From a virus (taxonomy: Duplodnaviria > Caudoviricetes), in the IMG/VR virus record IMGVR_UViG_3300032782_000002: a stretch of 64,000 bases of DNA. One strand, given 5' to 3'. Below are positions 49,136 to 59,302 of this stretch, piece by piece. Both the position numbers and the translations under genes were made by a program. Within the stretch, counting starts at the first letter, position 1. Every line of letters begins with the position of its first letter. Under the pieces are notes generated by a model, which saw only the letters and a list, made by a program, of their open reading frames with translations, had not been told where the DNA came from and did not search any database.

Positions 49136-49888
49136 CTAGAGGCGGGTGATGCAGAGGTTGGTGATGGTACCGGCGAGCGGGCCGTCCGCGATCGAGCATG
49201 CGTCGGCGCCGACCGTCAACGCGGGCAGCGTGCCAAGCACGTTGGTGTCGGGGGCTGGCACGCTGGCGGGCGTGGCGTCCACGCGCACGTAGATGGTCCC
49301 CGCCTGGCGCCAGGCGGCTACGTGGTGCTTGCTACCGTCGTTGACGCCGGTGCCGCCGACGGTGAAGACGCGGTCGGCCCCCTGGCCGTCGTCGGTCTCC
49401 AGCTCGACGGCGCCGGTGGGCGAGGTGTAGAGGGCCCAGCCCGCGTACGGCGCGCAACTCGCGCGCTGGCTGGCAAGCGCCTGGCTCGTGGCGCCGGTGG
49501 TCACGACGTCGAGATCGATGCGGAAGTCGCCCGCGCCGATGTTGGACAGATCGGTCACGCAGGTCGGGCCGGTCTCGGCGGCCATGGAGTCGGCCGCGTC
49601 GTCCGGCGCGTCGGTGCCGGCGTCGGAGTCGGGGGTGCCGGAGTCGGTCGCGATGGAGTCGGCGCCGGAGTCGGCGGCGTCGGAGGCGTCGGAGGCGTCG
49701 CGATGATCACCCTCGTCCCCGGTGTCCGGGTCCATGGCGCCGCTGTCCATGGTCCCGGTTTCCCCGCCGGAGCTGGACGCCGACTCGTGGCCGGCATCGC
49801 TCTCGGCCTTCACGTCGCCGACAGTGAACGGCGCGCCGCCGCATGCGACCAGGGCGAGCAGCGCGGGCAAGGTGGCCAGACGGTTCAC
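49136..49888 (-). CDS. Lipoprotein with D/A/S/G-rich linker and LamG/concanavalin-like domain
   Basis: Lipobox LVAC; VNDGSKHHVAAWR...IYVRVD. Confidence 0.75.
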   Translation of the reverse strand: MNRLATLPALLALVACGGAPFTVGDVKAESDAGHESASSSGGETGTMDSGAMDPDTGDEGDHRDASDASDAADSGADSIATDSGTPDSDAGTDAPDDAADSMAAETGPTCVTDLSNIGAGDFRIDLDVVTTGATSQALASQRASCAPYAGWALYTSPTGAVELETDDGQGADRVFTVGGTGVNDGSKHHVAAWRQAGTIYVRVDATPASVPAPDTNVLGTLPALTVGADACSIADGPLAGTITNLCITRL

Positions 49889-50807
49889 GGCTTGTTCTCC
49901 TCTTCGGCGGCGGCGGCGGCGTCGTACTCGTCGTCGGATGCCTTGAGCGCGGCACGCACGTCGTCGGGCGTGACGCGCCCGGCCTTGTGCAGCTGCTCGA
50001 CGACGATCCACGCGGAGTCGCGCATCGTGTCGCCGCGCTCGTGGAAGGGCCAGATCAATGCGTCGCGCGGGTTGTCGGACGGCTTGAGCGCGTCGACGAG
50101 CGCGCGCAGCGCCTGATCGACGTTCTCTTTGAGCGCGTTGAACGTCAGCTCGCCCTCGCCCGCGTAGACGCTGACCGACGAGCCGTAGCGATTCTCGATG
50201 CACCTAAGCTCGAACGTGGAGACGGCGGCGTGGGCCTTGGCCCAGGGCGCCTTGCGCAGCGTGAAGCGCCATCCCGTCTTCCAGACCGGCGCGGCGAACC
50301 AGTCGTCTTTCTGACGCCGATCGGGCCGCGGGTTGGGGATGTCCTTGGTGAGCACGTAGATGCCCTCGGCGAGGGGGCACGGCCGCACTTCCTTGCCGCG
50401 GAACTCCTCGGCCATAGCGTCGATCGCGGCGCGGTCCTCTGGCATCACGTCGTGCAGCTGCGCCTGCGTAGTGCCGTCAGATTGGATGACCTGTTTCGTA
50501 TGCGTCGTGTACGCTCGCTCGCGGGGCCCCACGCAGCGGAGGTTGGACGCGAAGGCGACGGCGAGCCGCTCGGTCGGGAACTCGTAGATGATGGTCGGTG
50601 CGGGGGTCATGGGCTCCTCGGGTGGCAGCAGAGTGTAGTCGCCGAGATCCTCGGCGCGGATGACGGCGAGGCCGCCGTCGTCGAACTTGATGACGGCCTT
50701 CATCTGCAGCGTGGGCGGCTCCTGCACGCGGCCGTACGTCGGCGTGTAGCCGGCGGGGCGGTAGCACACGCGCGCGCCCGCCTGCAGCATGAGCGCCTCG
50801 GTGACGT

Positions 50808-51014
50808 TCATCGGCGGCTCCGACGCTTGCTCTCGTCGCGGTCGGCGATGTGGCCGTGCTCCTCGGCGATCCGGCGGCAGAGCTTCACCAGGGAGCGCGC
50901 AGCTTGCGCCTCGTTCTCGCTCAGATCGTCCGCGTCGCCATCGTCCAGGGCCCGCGCGCAGTCGCGCAGATCGGCCAGCGTGTTCTCGAATCGGCAATAG
51001 CTCATGTTGGACAT
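50808..51014 (-). CDS. Small conserved-looking phage protein
   Basis: MSNMSYCRFENTLADLRDC. Confidence 0.7.
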   Translation of the reverse strand: MSNMSYCRFENTLADLRDCARALDDGDADDLSENEAQAARSLVKLCRRIAEEHGHIADRDESKRRSRR

Positions 51015-51472
51015 CAGTCGTCTCCGATCTCGTAGTTGTCGAGGAGCTTGCACGCCTCGCGGTGCAGCGCGGTCCTCTCGTTGAGGATGTGGTGTTCCCA
51101 GCGCGCGCGGGCGATGGTGTTGTTGGCGTAGCGGATCGGCACCTTGCGCAGCGCGTACGCGTTGAGGATTGCGCACATGTGCTCGGCCACGTCGAGATCG
51201 CCCCCGTTGTGCTCGATGTCCATGCGACCCGTGTACGTGTCGCCGTCCGTGTAGACGACCGACAGGTCCACCTTGTCGTAGCCGTCCGGGCTCACGGTGG
51301 CCGCCCAGCCGCGCAGCACGCGGTTGGCCTCCAGCCACAAGTTGCCGCCTCCGCTCGCGCCGCGCTCGATGGTGACGCGCACGCACTCGTGCGGGAAGCC
51401 TTCCGCGCGCTCCAGCACGATCTTGGTCGCGCGGATCTTGGTCGTCTTCAGGGTCTCGACGAGGGTGGTCAT
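51014..51472 (-). CDS. LPD25-like (large polyvalent protein domain) protein
   Basis: GYDKVD..V...DG.TY.GR.D motif. Confidence 0.5.
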   Translation of the reverse strand: MTTLVETLKTTKIRATKIVLERAEGFPHECVRVTIERGASGGGNLWLEANRVLRGWAATVSPDGYDKVDLSVVYTDGDTYTGRMDIEHNGGDLDVAEHMCAILNAYALRKVPIRYANNTIARARWEHHILNERTALHREACKLLDNYEIGDD

Positions 51473-53087
51473 GACGGCTCTCGCAGAGCGCGGCGCAGCG
51501 CGCGCCGTGCGGCGTGGCGGTCTCGCCGATGGAGTATCCGGCGCACGGCGGCGCTCGGACGCATCTTGCGCAGGCTCGTCGGGATCACGAGTCGAGATCG
51601 GCATCGGGATCTCCGATGGCCGCCTCCGTGGTGTCGAAGAGCTGGATGATGTACTGGTTCATTCGCTGGCGCAGGATGAGCAGCGCCTGGCGCAGCGTCT
51701 TGGGCTCGCGCGTGATGCGCCGGTAGCCGCGCTTGAACATCACCTCCACGTGGAAGGTGGTGGGCTTGCCGGTGAGCAGCCGCGCGATGCCCACGGACCC
51801 GGTGCTGTGGTCGGGCGTGGCGCACACGAGACGCGGCGGGCACGAGACCAGCTGCGCGAGGTTCATCAGCGCGAGTTTGTCGAGGACGGAGAGCTTCTTG
51901 GGGGTCGTCATGCGGGCTCCTGGTTGAGGTCTACTTGCGCCACTCGTTGTCGCGGGCCAGCATCGCGGCGCGCTCCGGCGTGCCGTGCATCGCTTGGAGC
52001 TTCATCAGCTCGGAGCACGGCTTGCAGTTGGGCGCGTGGCCCATGTGGCTCCAGCGATGCAGCCGATCGCCGCCGCGGCACTGTTTGCCGTGCGGGCACT
52101 TGTGTGGGTGGCTGCCCCGGTTGCCGCTGACGCGACCGCCGACCGGGTAGTGCGCCACGATCCGTCCGCAGACGTGACACGGGCGCTTCGTGTGCTCGGC
52201 GGCCATGGCTACCGGGGCCCCACGATCGGCGCGAGGGCCGCGATGACGGCGCGCGCCTCGTCCTCGGTGTTGGCGACGAGACTGATGCGGATGCCCTCGG
52301 CCTCGGCCTCGAACTTGAGTCGGCCCTCGTAGATCGTGCGCTTTGGCCGCTTGCGCCCCACGATCCGCGCGATGCCCAGGGCGTTGGCGTCGCGCCTGGC
52401 GTAGCGCGCCTCGTCCCGCTCGCGCTCGGCGGCCCAGCGCTCTTCGTCCGCGCGCTGGCGTGCGACGTCGGCGACGAGCGCCTGGGCGATGGCCTCGACG
52501 TCGAGGCTGTCGTCCTTGCGCACCTTGAAGAGGCGCAGGCCGCCCGGCTCGTTGATGCGCCCGCGCCCGACGTTCACGTGGCTGACGCGGTCCGGGCCGC
52601 GGATGTAGCCGCGCATGCGTGGCTCCCAGCGCGGGCACTTGCCGTTGACGGTCGCGATGCGCCCGTTTGGTGCGATCTCGACGACGGCGCCGGCCGCGAT
52701 GAGCGCGGTTTGGATGCGAGTGATCAGCTCTTCGTAAGTCATGGCGCCATGGTCTCCGGGCGGTTGTGCACGACGAGGCTCGCCCTCGCCGGCCAGGTGT
52801 TGATCGAGATCTCGCCGCGCTGCTCGCGCAGGATGACGATGGCCGCCTCGACGAGCGGCTCGCATGCGACGCGGTAACCAAACGCCGGGTGCGCGGCGAC
52901 GGCCAGCGGCTCGGCGAGCCACGTGGTCGTGGACGGCATGCCCGGGTCGCCGTCGAGCGCGCACGCGTGCTGCGTGCAGACGCGGGCGACGACGTCGCCG
53001 CGCTCGTCCAGGGCGATCTCGTCGACCGAGGCTGGGCAGCGTGTGCCGTCGTTGAAGTCGCAGCGGGCGATGTCGATCATGGTTTAG

Positions 53088-53154
53088 GGGGCTGGCGGGG
53101 AGTCGAACCCCGCGAGGGCGGCGGAACCCCGCGCGCCCTCGAACCGTCCAGCCC
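53088..53154 (-). ncRNA. D-armless tRNA-like RNA
   Basis: Acceptor GGGCTGG/CCAGCCC, T arm CGGGG-TTCGACT-CCCCG, long central hairpin with a 4-nt loop. Confidence 0.7.
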
Positions 53155-53162
53155 TGGGTCTG

Positions 53163-54071
53163 CTACTGGCCGGCCGTCGCGAGGGCGGCCGTCGCTACGG
53201 CGGCGCGGGTCTCGTCGATGACGGCGCGCAGCTCGTCGAGCTTGCCACCGAGCAAGCCCTCGTACGCCGCGACGCGCTCCAGCAGCGACGCGGTCTCTTT
53301 CTCGCGATTGGCCAGGGCCCGCTCGCCCATGTCGCCGTCCGCGATGTCGTCGGCGATCTTGTTGCACGCCTGGCGCGTGGCGTCCGTCAGCGAGGCCAGG
53401 ATGGCCTCCGCCGCGTCGGAGCTGCGCATCGCGGGGATGACGTGCACGCGGTGCTTGCTGCACGCCTGCAGCGCCTTGACGATCTTGTTCCACTTGTCGA
53501 CCGAGAATTGCGGCAGGAAGTAGACGCCCCCGCGATCCCGCAGCGCCACGGCCTTGAGCGCGGTCAGCTTGTCACAGAGCCACGTGCCGATGTCCGACGG
53601 CGCCAGCGTGTGGCGGGCGACCTCGTACGCGGCGCGGATCTGCTCGGCGCCCTGCCCCTCGATGGTCAGCGTCTCGACGCCGGCCTTGTCCCGCTCGACC
53701 TTCGCCTCGCAGGCGATGGGGTACTGCAGCGTCTTCTTGCCGTCGACCTCGACCTCGGTCGGCTTGCTGACGATGGCCCAGCTGCCGCGCGCCTTGTGGT
53801 GCACGTCGAGGTGGCCCAGCGTCTTGGCGACGGCGTCGACGGCCCGGTGCAGCGCCACGAGCGCGCTGGGCTCCTCGGGCGGCAGCGCGTGGCTCGTGGC
53901 CGCGATGAGCGCGGCGGCGAGCGCGCTGCTCGTCACGTCGCCCTGGTTGCTCCACATGACGATGCGCCCGCAGGCGCGCTTGTCGATCTCGTTCTGCGGA
54001 TCGATGGCGATGACGGTGCCGCCGGTGGAGAGCGACGGCTTCGCGGGCGTGGAGACGGTGGTTGCGTTCAT
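53163..54071 (-). CDS. Hypothetical protein (DUF6744/DUF3150-like) of the AAA-vWA module
   Basis: G.IVMW...AVALRDRGGVYFLP...YEGLLG pattern; operonic with the vWA and AAA genes. Confidence 0.6.
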   Translation of the reverse strand: MNATTVSTPAKPSLSTGGTVIAIDPQNEIDKRACGRIVMWSNQGDVTSSALAAALIAATSHALPPEEPSALVALHRAVDAVAKTLGHLDVHHKARGSWAIVSKPTEVEVDGKKTLQYPIACEAKVERDKAGVETLTIEGQGAEQIRAAYEVARHTLAPSDIGTWLCDKLTALKAVALRDRGGVYFLPQFSVDKWNKIVKALQACSKHRVHVIPAMRSSDAAEAILASLTDATRQACNKIADDIADGDMGERALANREKETASLLERVAAYEGLLGGKLDELRAVIDETRAAVATAALATAGQ

Positions 54072-54095
54072 GGTGGTTGGTTGTCCTTCTCTTCT

Positions 54096-55337
54096 TCAGG
54101 GGTGGTTGTGTTGCGTAGCGATGTCGCTGGCGTCGATGACGTCAGCCCAGGGGGGCGGTGTGCCGTATCCCTGGCGAGTGAGTACGACGACGACGGGGCA
54201 GTTGGGGGGCGTGGCCGGCCAGCCGGTGCCGCCGTCGGTCACGACGACGATCACGTCGGCGCCCGTCTGCTCGGCGCACTCGATGCCGACGCACATGTTC
54301 GTGCCCCCGCCTCCGCGCAGCGCGTCGCGCAGGTCGTCGATGTGCGCGATGTCGACCGGCTCGGCAGCCTGCGTGTCGCAGCCTAGCGCCTTGACCGTGC
54401 CAAGGACCTGGACGGCATCCCAGACGACGCCGATCACCTTGCCGATGTCGGTGTCGTCCATGCTGGCGCTCGTGTCGCCGACGATCGTGACGTTGGCGCG
54501 GGGCGTCCGGTGCACGGGCAGCACGAGGCCCCCGTTTTCCCGGCGCGAGGGCCGCGCGTAGCTGGCGACCGGCCCCAGGCGCGTCTCGATGTGGTAGCGC
54601 ACCCGGCCCGCGATCATGTCGCGCCAGTCGATGTGCGGCGGCGCCAGGAACTCCTCGGCCCAGCGCAGCAGACCCGCCGCGACGTTGCCCGGCTGGCCCT
54701 TGTGGTGCTCGCGGATGGCGTGCGCCACCTGGACGCGCACGATCTCGGTCTCGGCCTCGGTGAGGCCCTTGGGTCCCTTGGTCGGGTCGGGCGGCAGCTC
54801 CCACGGTCCGGGAACGCCGGTGACCCCGGATCCCCCGCTGCACATGGCGCCCCCGCCGTCCTTGCCGTCGTCGTCGAGGCGGTAGTACTCCTCCGCCGAC
54901 TTGTGCGCCGGCCAGCCCAGCCGCTCGGGGGTCAGATCCTTGCTCCAGATCTTGATCCCGGCGGCCTGGATGTCCTGCACCAGCTCGCAGTCGCCGCACT
55001 TGTTCCACTTGGCGTGGTTGACGGCGCGGAAGGCGATGCCGCGCGTCCTGTGACGGCGCAGCGTGTGAAGGCACTCGTGGATGACGCCGGTGATGAGGCA
55101 CTCGAAGTCCTCGGCCATGCACTCGGCGATGTGCGCGGGGTTGACGTACACCCGCCACCGATCGTCGATGGCCATCGTCGGCACGGCGTCCGTCAGGATG
55201 TACTGGCAGGCGTACAGGCCTTTGGCCAGATAGGGCAGCTTCTTCGTAGCCCACCAGCGGGCTTTGATCAGCAGCTCCATCGGCGTCGGGCCGCCCCGGG
55301 TTACCGGGCGGGCAGCGGCGGCGGCGGGTGTGGTCAT
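54096..55337 (-). CDS. DUF2201-type metallopeptidase plus vWA domain protein
   Basis: TMAID, IHECLH (HExxH), GDTSASM MIDAS, GGGGT, VTDG. Confidence 0.88.
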   Translation of the reverse strand: MTTPAAAAARPVTRGGPTPMELLIKARWWATKKLPYLAKGLYACQYILTDAVPTMAIDDRWRVYVNPAHIAECMAEDFECLITGVIHECLHTLRRHRTRGIAFRAVNHAKWNKCGDCELVQDIQAAGIKIWSKDLTPERLGWPAHKSAEEYYRLDDDGKDGGGAMCSGGSGVTGVPGPWELPPDPTKGPKGLTEAETEIVRVQVAHAIREHHKGQPGNVAAGLLRWAEEFLAPPHIDWRDMIAGRVRYHIETRLGPVASYARPSRRENGGLVLPVHRTPRANVTIVGDTSASMDDTDIGKVIGVVWDAVQVLGTVKALGCDTQAAEPVDIAHIDDLRDALRGGGGTNMCVGIECAEQTGADVIVVVTDGGTGWPATPPNCPVVVVLTRQGYGTPPPWADVIDASDIATQHNHP

Positions 55338-55353
55338 GGGTGTCGGGCTCCTC

Positions 55354-56481
55354 TTACTGCGCCAGCAGGGTGGCCATGCGGGGCGTGTACTTCGCCATCA
55401 GCACGTGCGGCCGGGTGAGCTTGGTCACGGCGTTCTTGTCGCGCTTGGCGACGTCCCGGTAGTGGGTGACGAGCATGTCGCCGCCGACCACCGCGGCGTC
55501 GAACCCGCCGGTGTCCGTGACGTGCCCCATGATCTCCCAGGCGGCCGCCCAGCGCTTCTCGGTGAAGTCACTCTGCACCGCGGCCACGACGGCCGTCAGC
55601 GCGGCGATGGAGCGGTCCACGCGGTCCGCCTCCAGGGTGATGCTCTTCGGGTCCGCGAGCCACGCCTCAGCGTCGACGAGGTCGGCGTCCGTGCAGTAGG
55701 CCATGAAGGAGATGGCGGCGCCCTCGCCCACGCATCCGCTCAGCAGCGCGAGGCGGTCGTCGACGCTGTAGCCGAGTGACGCCGCGACGGCGTACACCTT
55801 CTCGGCGGCCTCCCACGATCGGGGGCTCGGCCACGCCTTGCCCGCCAGGGTGGGATCGTCCGGCTCGTTGTCGAGCATGTCCGGCATTCGCTTGATGAAC
55901 GCGCTCGCCAGGGCCTTGACCTTGGTGAGCGCGCGAGACTGCTCGTCCGCGTCTGGCGTCGGGAAGTCGGCCTCGTCGGCGGCCCAGCCGACCAGCTGCG
56001 CCTGCGCCCACGCCTGCGGGTTGGCCGGCACCTGCAGGTGGCAGAACCGGTTGGCGGCGGCGCTGCCCAGCGCGCGCGCGCTCTGGCCTCGCTTGACCGG
56101 GTTGCCGGCGGCGACGACGGCGACGTACTCCGGCGGCGCGTCGATGCGGTCCAGGGCCGCGTTCTCGGTCTCGCGCGTGGCCCGGTTCAACTCGTCGTAG
56201 AAGGCGATGCCGCCCTTGACCTTGCGGGCCTCGATGACGAGATCCTCGATCTCGGGCGGATCGCAGACGATGACGCGGCCCTCGTGGTAGACGCGGGGCT
56301 TGAGGTCGATGGGCTCGCAGCGGCTCAGCAGCCAGCGCTTGTAGTGCCGGCCGGTGATGCGCGCGTACGCCTCGGTGCGGCTCGTCTTGCCGGTGCCAGG
56401 GCCGCCCTCCATGTAGACGGGCACCAGCGCCGTGACGCAGGCGTGCAGACGGCGCATGATCGGATCGGGGTGAAGGTTCAT
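55354..56481 (-). CDS. MoxR-like AAA+ ATPase
   Basis: GGPGTGKT, FYDELNRA, AAGNP, ANRFCH, PSPRSWE. Confidence 0.9.
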   Translation of the reverse strand: MNLHPDPIMRRLHACVTALVPVYMEGGPGTGKTSRTEAYARITGRHYKRWLLSRCEPIDLKPRVYHEGRVIVCDPPEIEDLVIEARKVKGGIAFYDELNRATRETENAALDRIDAPPEYVAVVAAGNPVKRGQSARALGSAAANRFCHLQVPANPQAWAQAQLVGWAADEADFPTPDADEQSRALTKVKALASAFIKRMPDMLDNEPDDPTLAGKAWPSPRSWEAAEKVYAVAASLGYSVDDRLALLSGCVGEGAAISFMAYCTDADLVDAEAWLADPKSITLEADRVDRSIAALTAVVAAVQSDFTEKRWAAAWEIMGHVTDTGGFDAAVVGGDMLVTHYRDVAKRDKNAVTKLTRPHVLMAKYTPRMATLLAQ

Positions 56482-56997
56482 CGGGAAGCTCCGGGTGGGG
56501 TGGGCGGGTTGACGGCAGCGGCCTCGTAGAAGGACCGCGAGGTGACGGGTGGACGGTTGGCGCGTACGCCGTACGCGCCGGTGTGGCGCTCTGCCCAGCG
56601 CCAGAAACGCGCGTTGCAGGTGGGGCAGCGTAAGGGCTCGTTGCAGTAGTGATCCATCTCGACGGTGGGGCGCTCGCGGCGAGCGCGCACGCGGTCGCAG
56701 GCGTCGTACAAGGCGGCCTTCTCGGCCTCGTAGGTGCCGAATCGGTACCACGTCTCGCCCGGTGCGGGCGGCTGCCCGATGCTCGCCTCGATGGCGGGGT
56801 TGTACCGGGTCAAGACGTCGTCGACCGTCTCGGTGACCCCGGGATCCCGGACGCGCCAGACCATGGCCGGCGGCCGCTTGGCGGCGGGCATCGCCAACCA
56901 CGCCACGGCTTCCGCCCCGATGGCGCGCAAGCGGGCGACGATCTCGGCCGGCGTGCGCTTGGGGGTTGCGGTGTCCACGGTGGTCATTGGAAGCTCC

Positions 56998-57041
56998 AGT
57001 CTATCAGAAGTGTATCAACGCGCCAGTGCTATGGCACTAGC
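56998..57041 (-). promoter_or_regulatory. Promoter with overlapping palindromic operator
   Basis: TGGCGC-16 bp-TAGACT; gccagtgc-tatg-gcactagc at 57022-57041. Confidence 0.65.
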
Positions 57042-57616
57042 TCACGTCACGAGAGCCAGCTGGCGCTCGTCAATCTCGCCGCGGGCCCTGCGCCGTGCGG
57101 GCGAGTGCCACGCCCGGATGCGTGCCTGCGCATCCGCGATCGTCTCGTGCTCGTACATGAGCATCCCGGTCGGCAGCAGCAGGCCGGTCACGCCGCGCTC
57201 CAGCACGATTGCGGGTTGGTCGTCGAGCAGCCGGCTCGCGTCCATCTCGCCGAGGGCCACGGCGGCCTCGCGCGCGACGGCGACGAGCGGATCGGGCTCC
57301 ACGCGCACGGCGCCGACGCACAGCTTGTTGTTCTGGCGCCACGCCTGCACGCGCGGGCAATACGTATGGATCTTGCTGGACGTCGTCATCGTTGCCCAGC
57401 CGCCCGAGCGGATTGCGACGATGCCGTTGTCGCCGTTGTACGTCACGACGTCGGTCTCGTGGTAGCGGACCGCGATCTGCCGGGCGTCGAGGCGGTAGAG
57501 AGTCGTCGCCTTGCCGGGCAGCCGGAGCTGGGCGCGGCCGCGCAGGTGCGTCTCGGCGTCGGTGTACTCTTGCCCGCCGTGCGGGTTGAAGTGGCGCGCG
57601 CTCATATGCTGGGCTC

Positions 57617-58072
57617 CTACTTGGTGGCGCGCTGGCCGCGCATGAAGGCCAGCCAGCGGTCGCGCTGGACGGCGGTGAGGAAGTTCGCCCACGGCTTGCC
57701 GTCGCGGTAGACGGCGAACGGCAGGTCCGGCACGCAGCTCGGCGCGGCGCGCCAGTCGGGTTCGACGTACCGCGAGTGACGGAACGTCTCGACGCCGTCG
57801 ACCAGCATGCGCAGCACGCGGTCGACCGAGATGGCCGTTCCGCCCGTGGAGCGGCGGCTGGCGAGCAGCAGCGGCGCCTTGACCGTGCCGGTCGAAAGGC
57901 CCACGTAGCCGGTCACGTCGTTTTCCTCGCCCCAGTCGCGGCCCGTCTCCGGGTCGCCGTAGAAGAGGCGCACGCGCTTGGCGCTGCCGGCCAGGCGCGG
58001 CAGGGCGACGGCGGGGAGGCTGTTGTGGGCCTCGGTCGCCACGACGACGAGGGCGGGGATCTCAGACGTCAT
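57617..58072 (-). CDS. Hypothetical phage protein
   Basis: RVRLFYGDPETGRDW.EE.DV.GYVG.STG..K.PLL. Confidence 0.7.
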   Translation of the reverse strand: MTSEIPALVVVATEAHNSLPAVALPRLAGSAKRVRLFYGDPETGRDWGEENDVTGYVGLSTGTVKAPLLLASRRSTGGTAISVDRVLRMLVDGVETFRHSRYVEPDWRAAPSCVPDLPFAVYRDGKPWANFLTAVQRDRWLAFMRGQRATK

Positions 58073-58363
58073 CGGGGCGGCTCCTCTCTATCTCGTCGAT
58101 GCACGTCATGAGATCGGCGTAGAAGGCGTCGAACACGCTTCGCGGGGCTCGGCCGTCGGACACGACGTCCTCGCCGTTGCCTGCAATGAGGAGCAGCTGC
58201 GCGCGGGCGTCATCGCTCGTGCGGCGCAGCGGGATCCATCCGTAGCCGATGGCGTCGATGCAGCGGCAGACGTCCTCGCTGGACGCGAGGTTGCCGCCGA
58301 GCTTCCAACCGAGGCGTGCCAGGATGGCGAGCGCCTGTTTCACGCGGGCTTGCTCCAGGGCGA

Positions 58364-58756
58364 TCATGTGCTCCTCACGAGGTAGGTGGTTCCGTCGAAC
58401 GTGATCTCGCGGTAGTCCACGCGCAGCTCTTCCGCGGCGGCCTTCCAGTCGATGTGGTTGCACGGCCACTTGGCATCGGCGGGGATGCACCCCAGATCTC
58501 CGGCCAGCTCCTCGGCGTACTCCTCGAACTCGTCGATGGGAACGGCCGTAGGCTCATTGGCGGCGTACTTCGTCAGGCCGCGCAGCTGGTCATCCAGCGC
58601 GACGAGCGCGTCGTAGCGCTCGCGCTCGACGGAATCGAGCGGGTCGACGTCGAGGGCCGCTTGCGCTTCCTCGACGAGCGGCTCGGTCTCCAGGCGCTCG
58701 CGCAGCGCGTCCAGCTCCTCGGCGAGTAGCCGCAGATCGATGGCATGGATGGTCAT
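58364..58756 (-). CDS. Acidic protein, ArdA-like antirestriction candidate
   Basis: Very acidic; FEEYAEELA...IDWKAAAEELRVDY. Confidence 0.55.
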   Translation of the reverse strand: MTIHAIDLRLLAEELDALRERLETEPLVEEAQAALDVDPLDSVERERYDALVALDDQLRGLTKYAANEPTAVPIDEFEEYAEELAGDLGCIPADAKWPCNHIDWKAAAEELRVDYREITFDGTTYLVRST

Positions 58757-58912
58757 CGCGGGCCCGGTTGCAGCGGCTGCACCGGGTAGTCGGGAGGGAT
58801 CTCGTGCATCGGTGGTGTCTCCGGTTGAGATTCAAGGCGCAAGGGCGGCCGCGTCGTGTGGACGCGGTCGCCCTCGCGGGCGAGCGGTGTGCTCGCCGGC
58901 TCGGGTGTCGTG

Positions 58913-59302
58913 CTACTTGCCCTCGCGCAGCTTGGCCAGCTCGGCCTCCAGCTTGGCGATCTTGTCGGCGCGCGCCTTGTCGGCGGTCGCCTTGAGGGCG
59001 GCGTTGACCGCGGCCACGCGGGCCGTGGTGGCGGCCTCGCGCGCGGTCACGGCGGCGGCCTCCGCCTCGCGTGCGGCCGTCTCCAGGGCGGCGATGCGCG
59101 CCTCGACGTCGGCGGGCAGGGCGATGCTCGTGGGCGACTTGGGCGCCGCCTTGCGGACGCGCTTGGGCGGCTTGTCCGCGGTCGGCATCTCGTTGGCGGG
59201 CGTGGTGTCGGTCGGCGGCGCGGGCGTGGTGTCGGTCGCCTGGACGTCGACGGGGGCAGCAGTGGCGGGCGCGGTCGCGCCGTTGACGGGAACGGTCTGC
59301 AT
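58913..59302 (-). CDS. Ala/Thr/Pro-rich coiled-coil protein
   Basis: Composition; C-terminal heptad repeats. Confidence 0.6.
   Translation of the reverse strand: MQTVPVNGATAPATAAPVDVQATDTTPAPPTDTTPANEMPTADKPPKRVRKAAPKSPTSIALPADVEARIAALETAAREAEAAAVTAREAATTARVAAVNAALKATADKARADKIAKLEAELAKLREGK

Noticed and set aside
53088-53154. tmRNA or a standard tRNA
   Set aside because: No G3:U70, no tag reading frame, no D stem and no 7-nt anticodon loop
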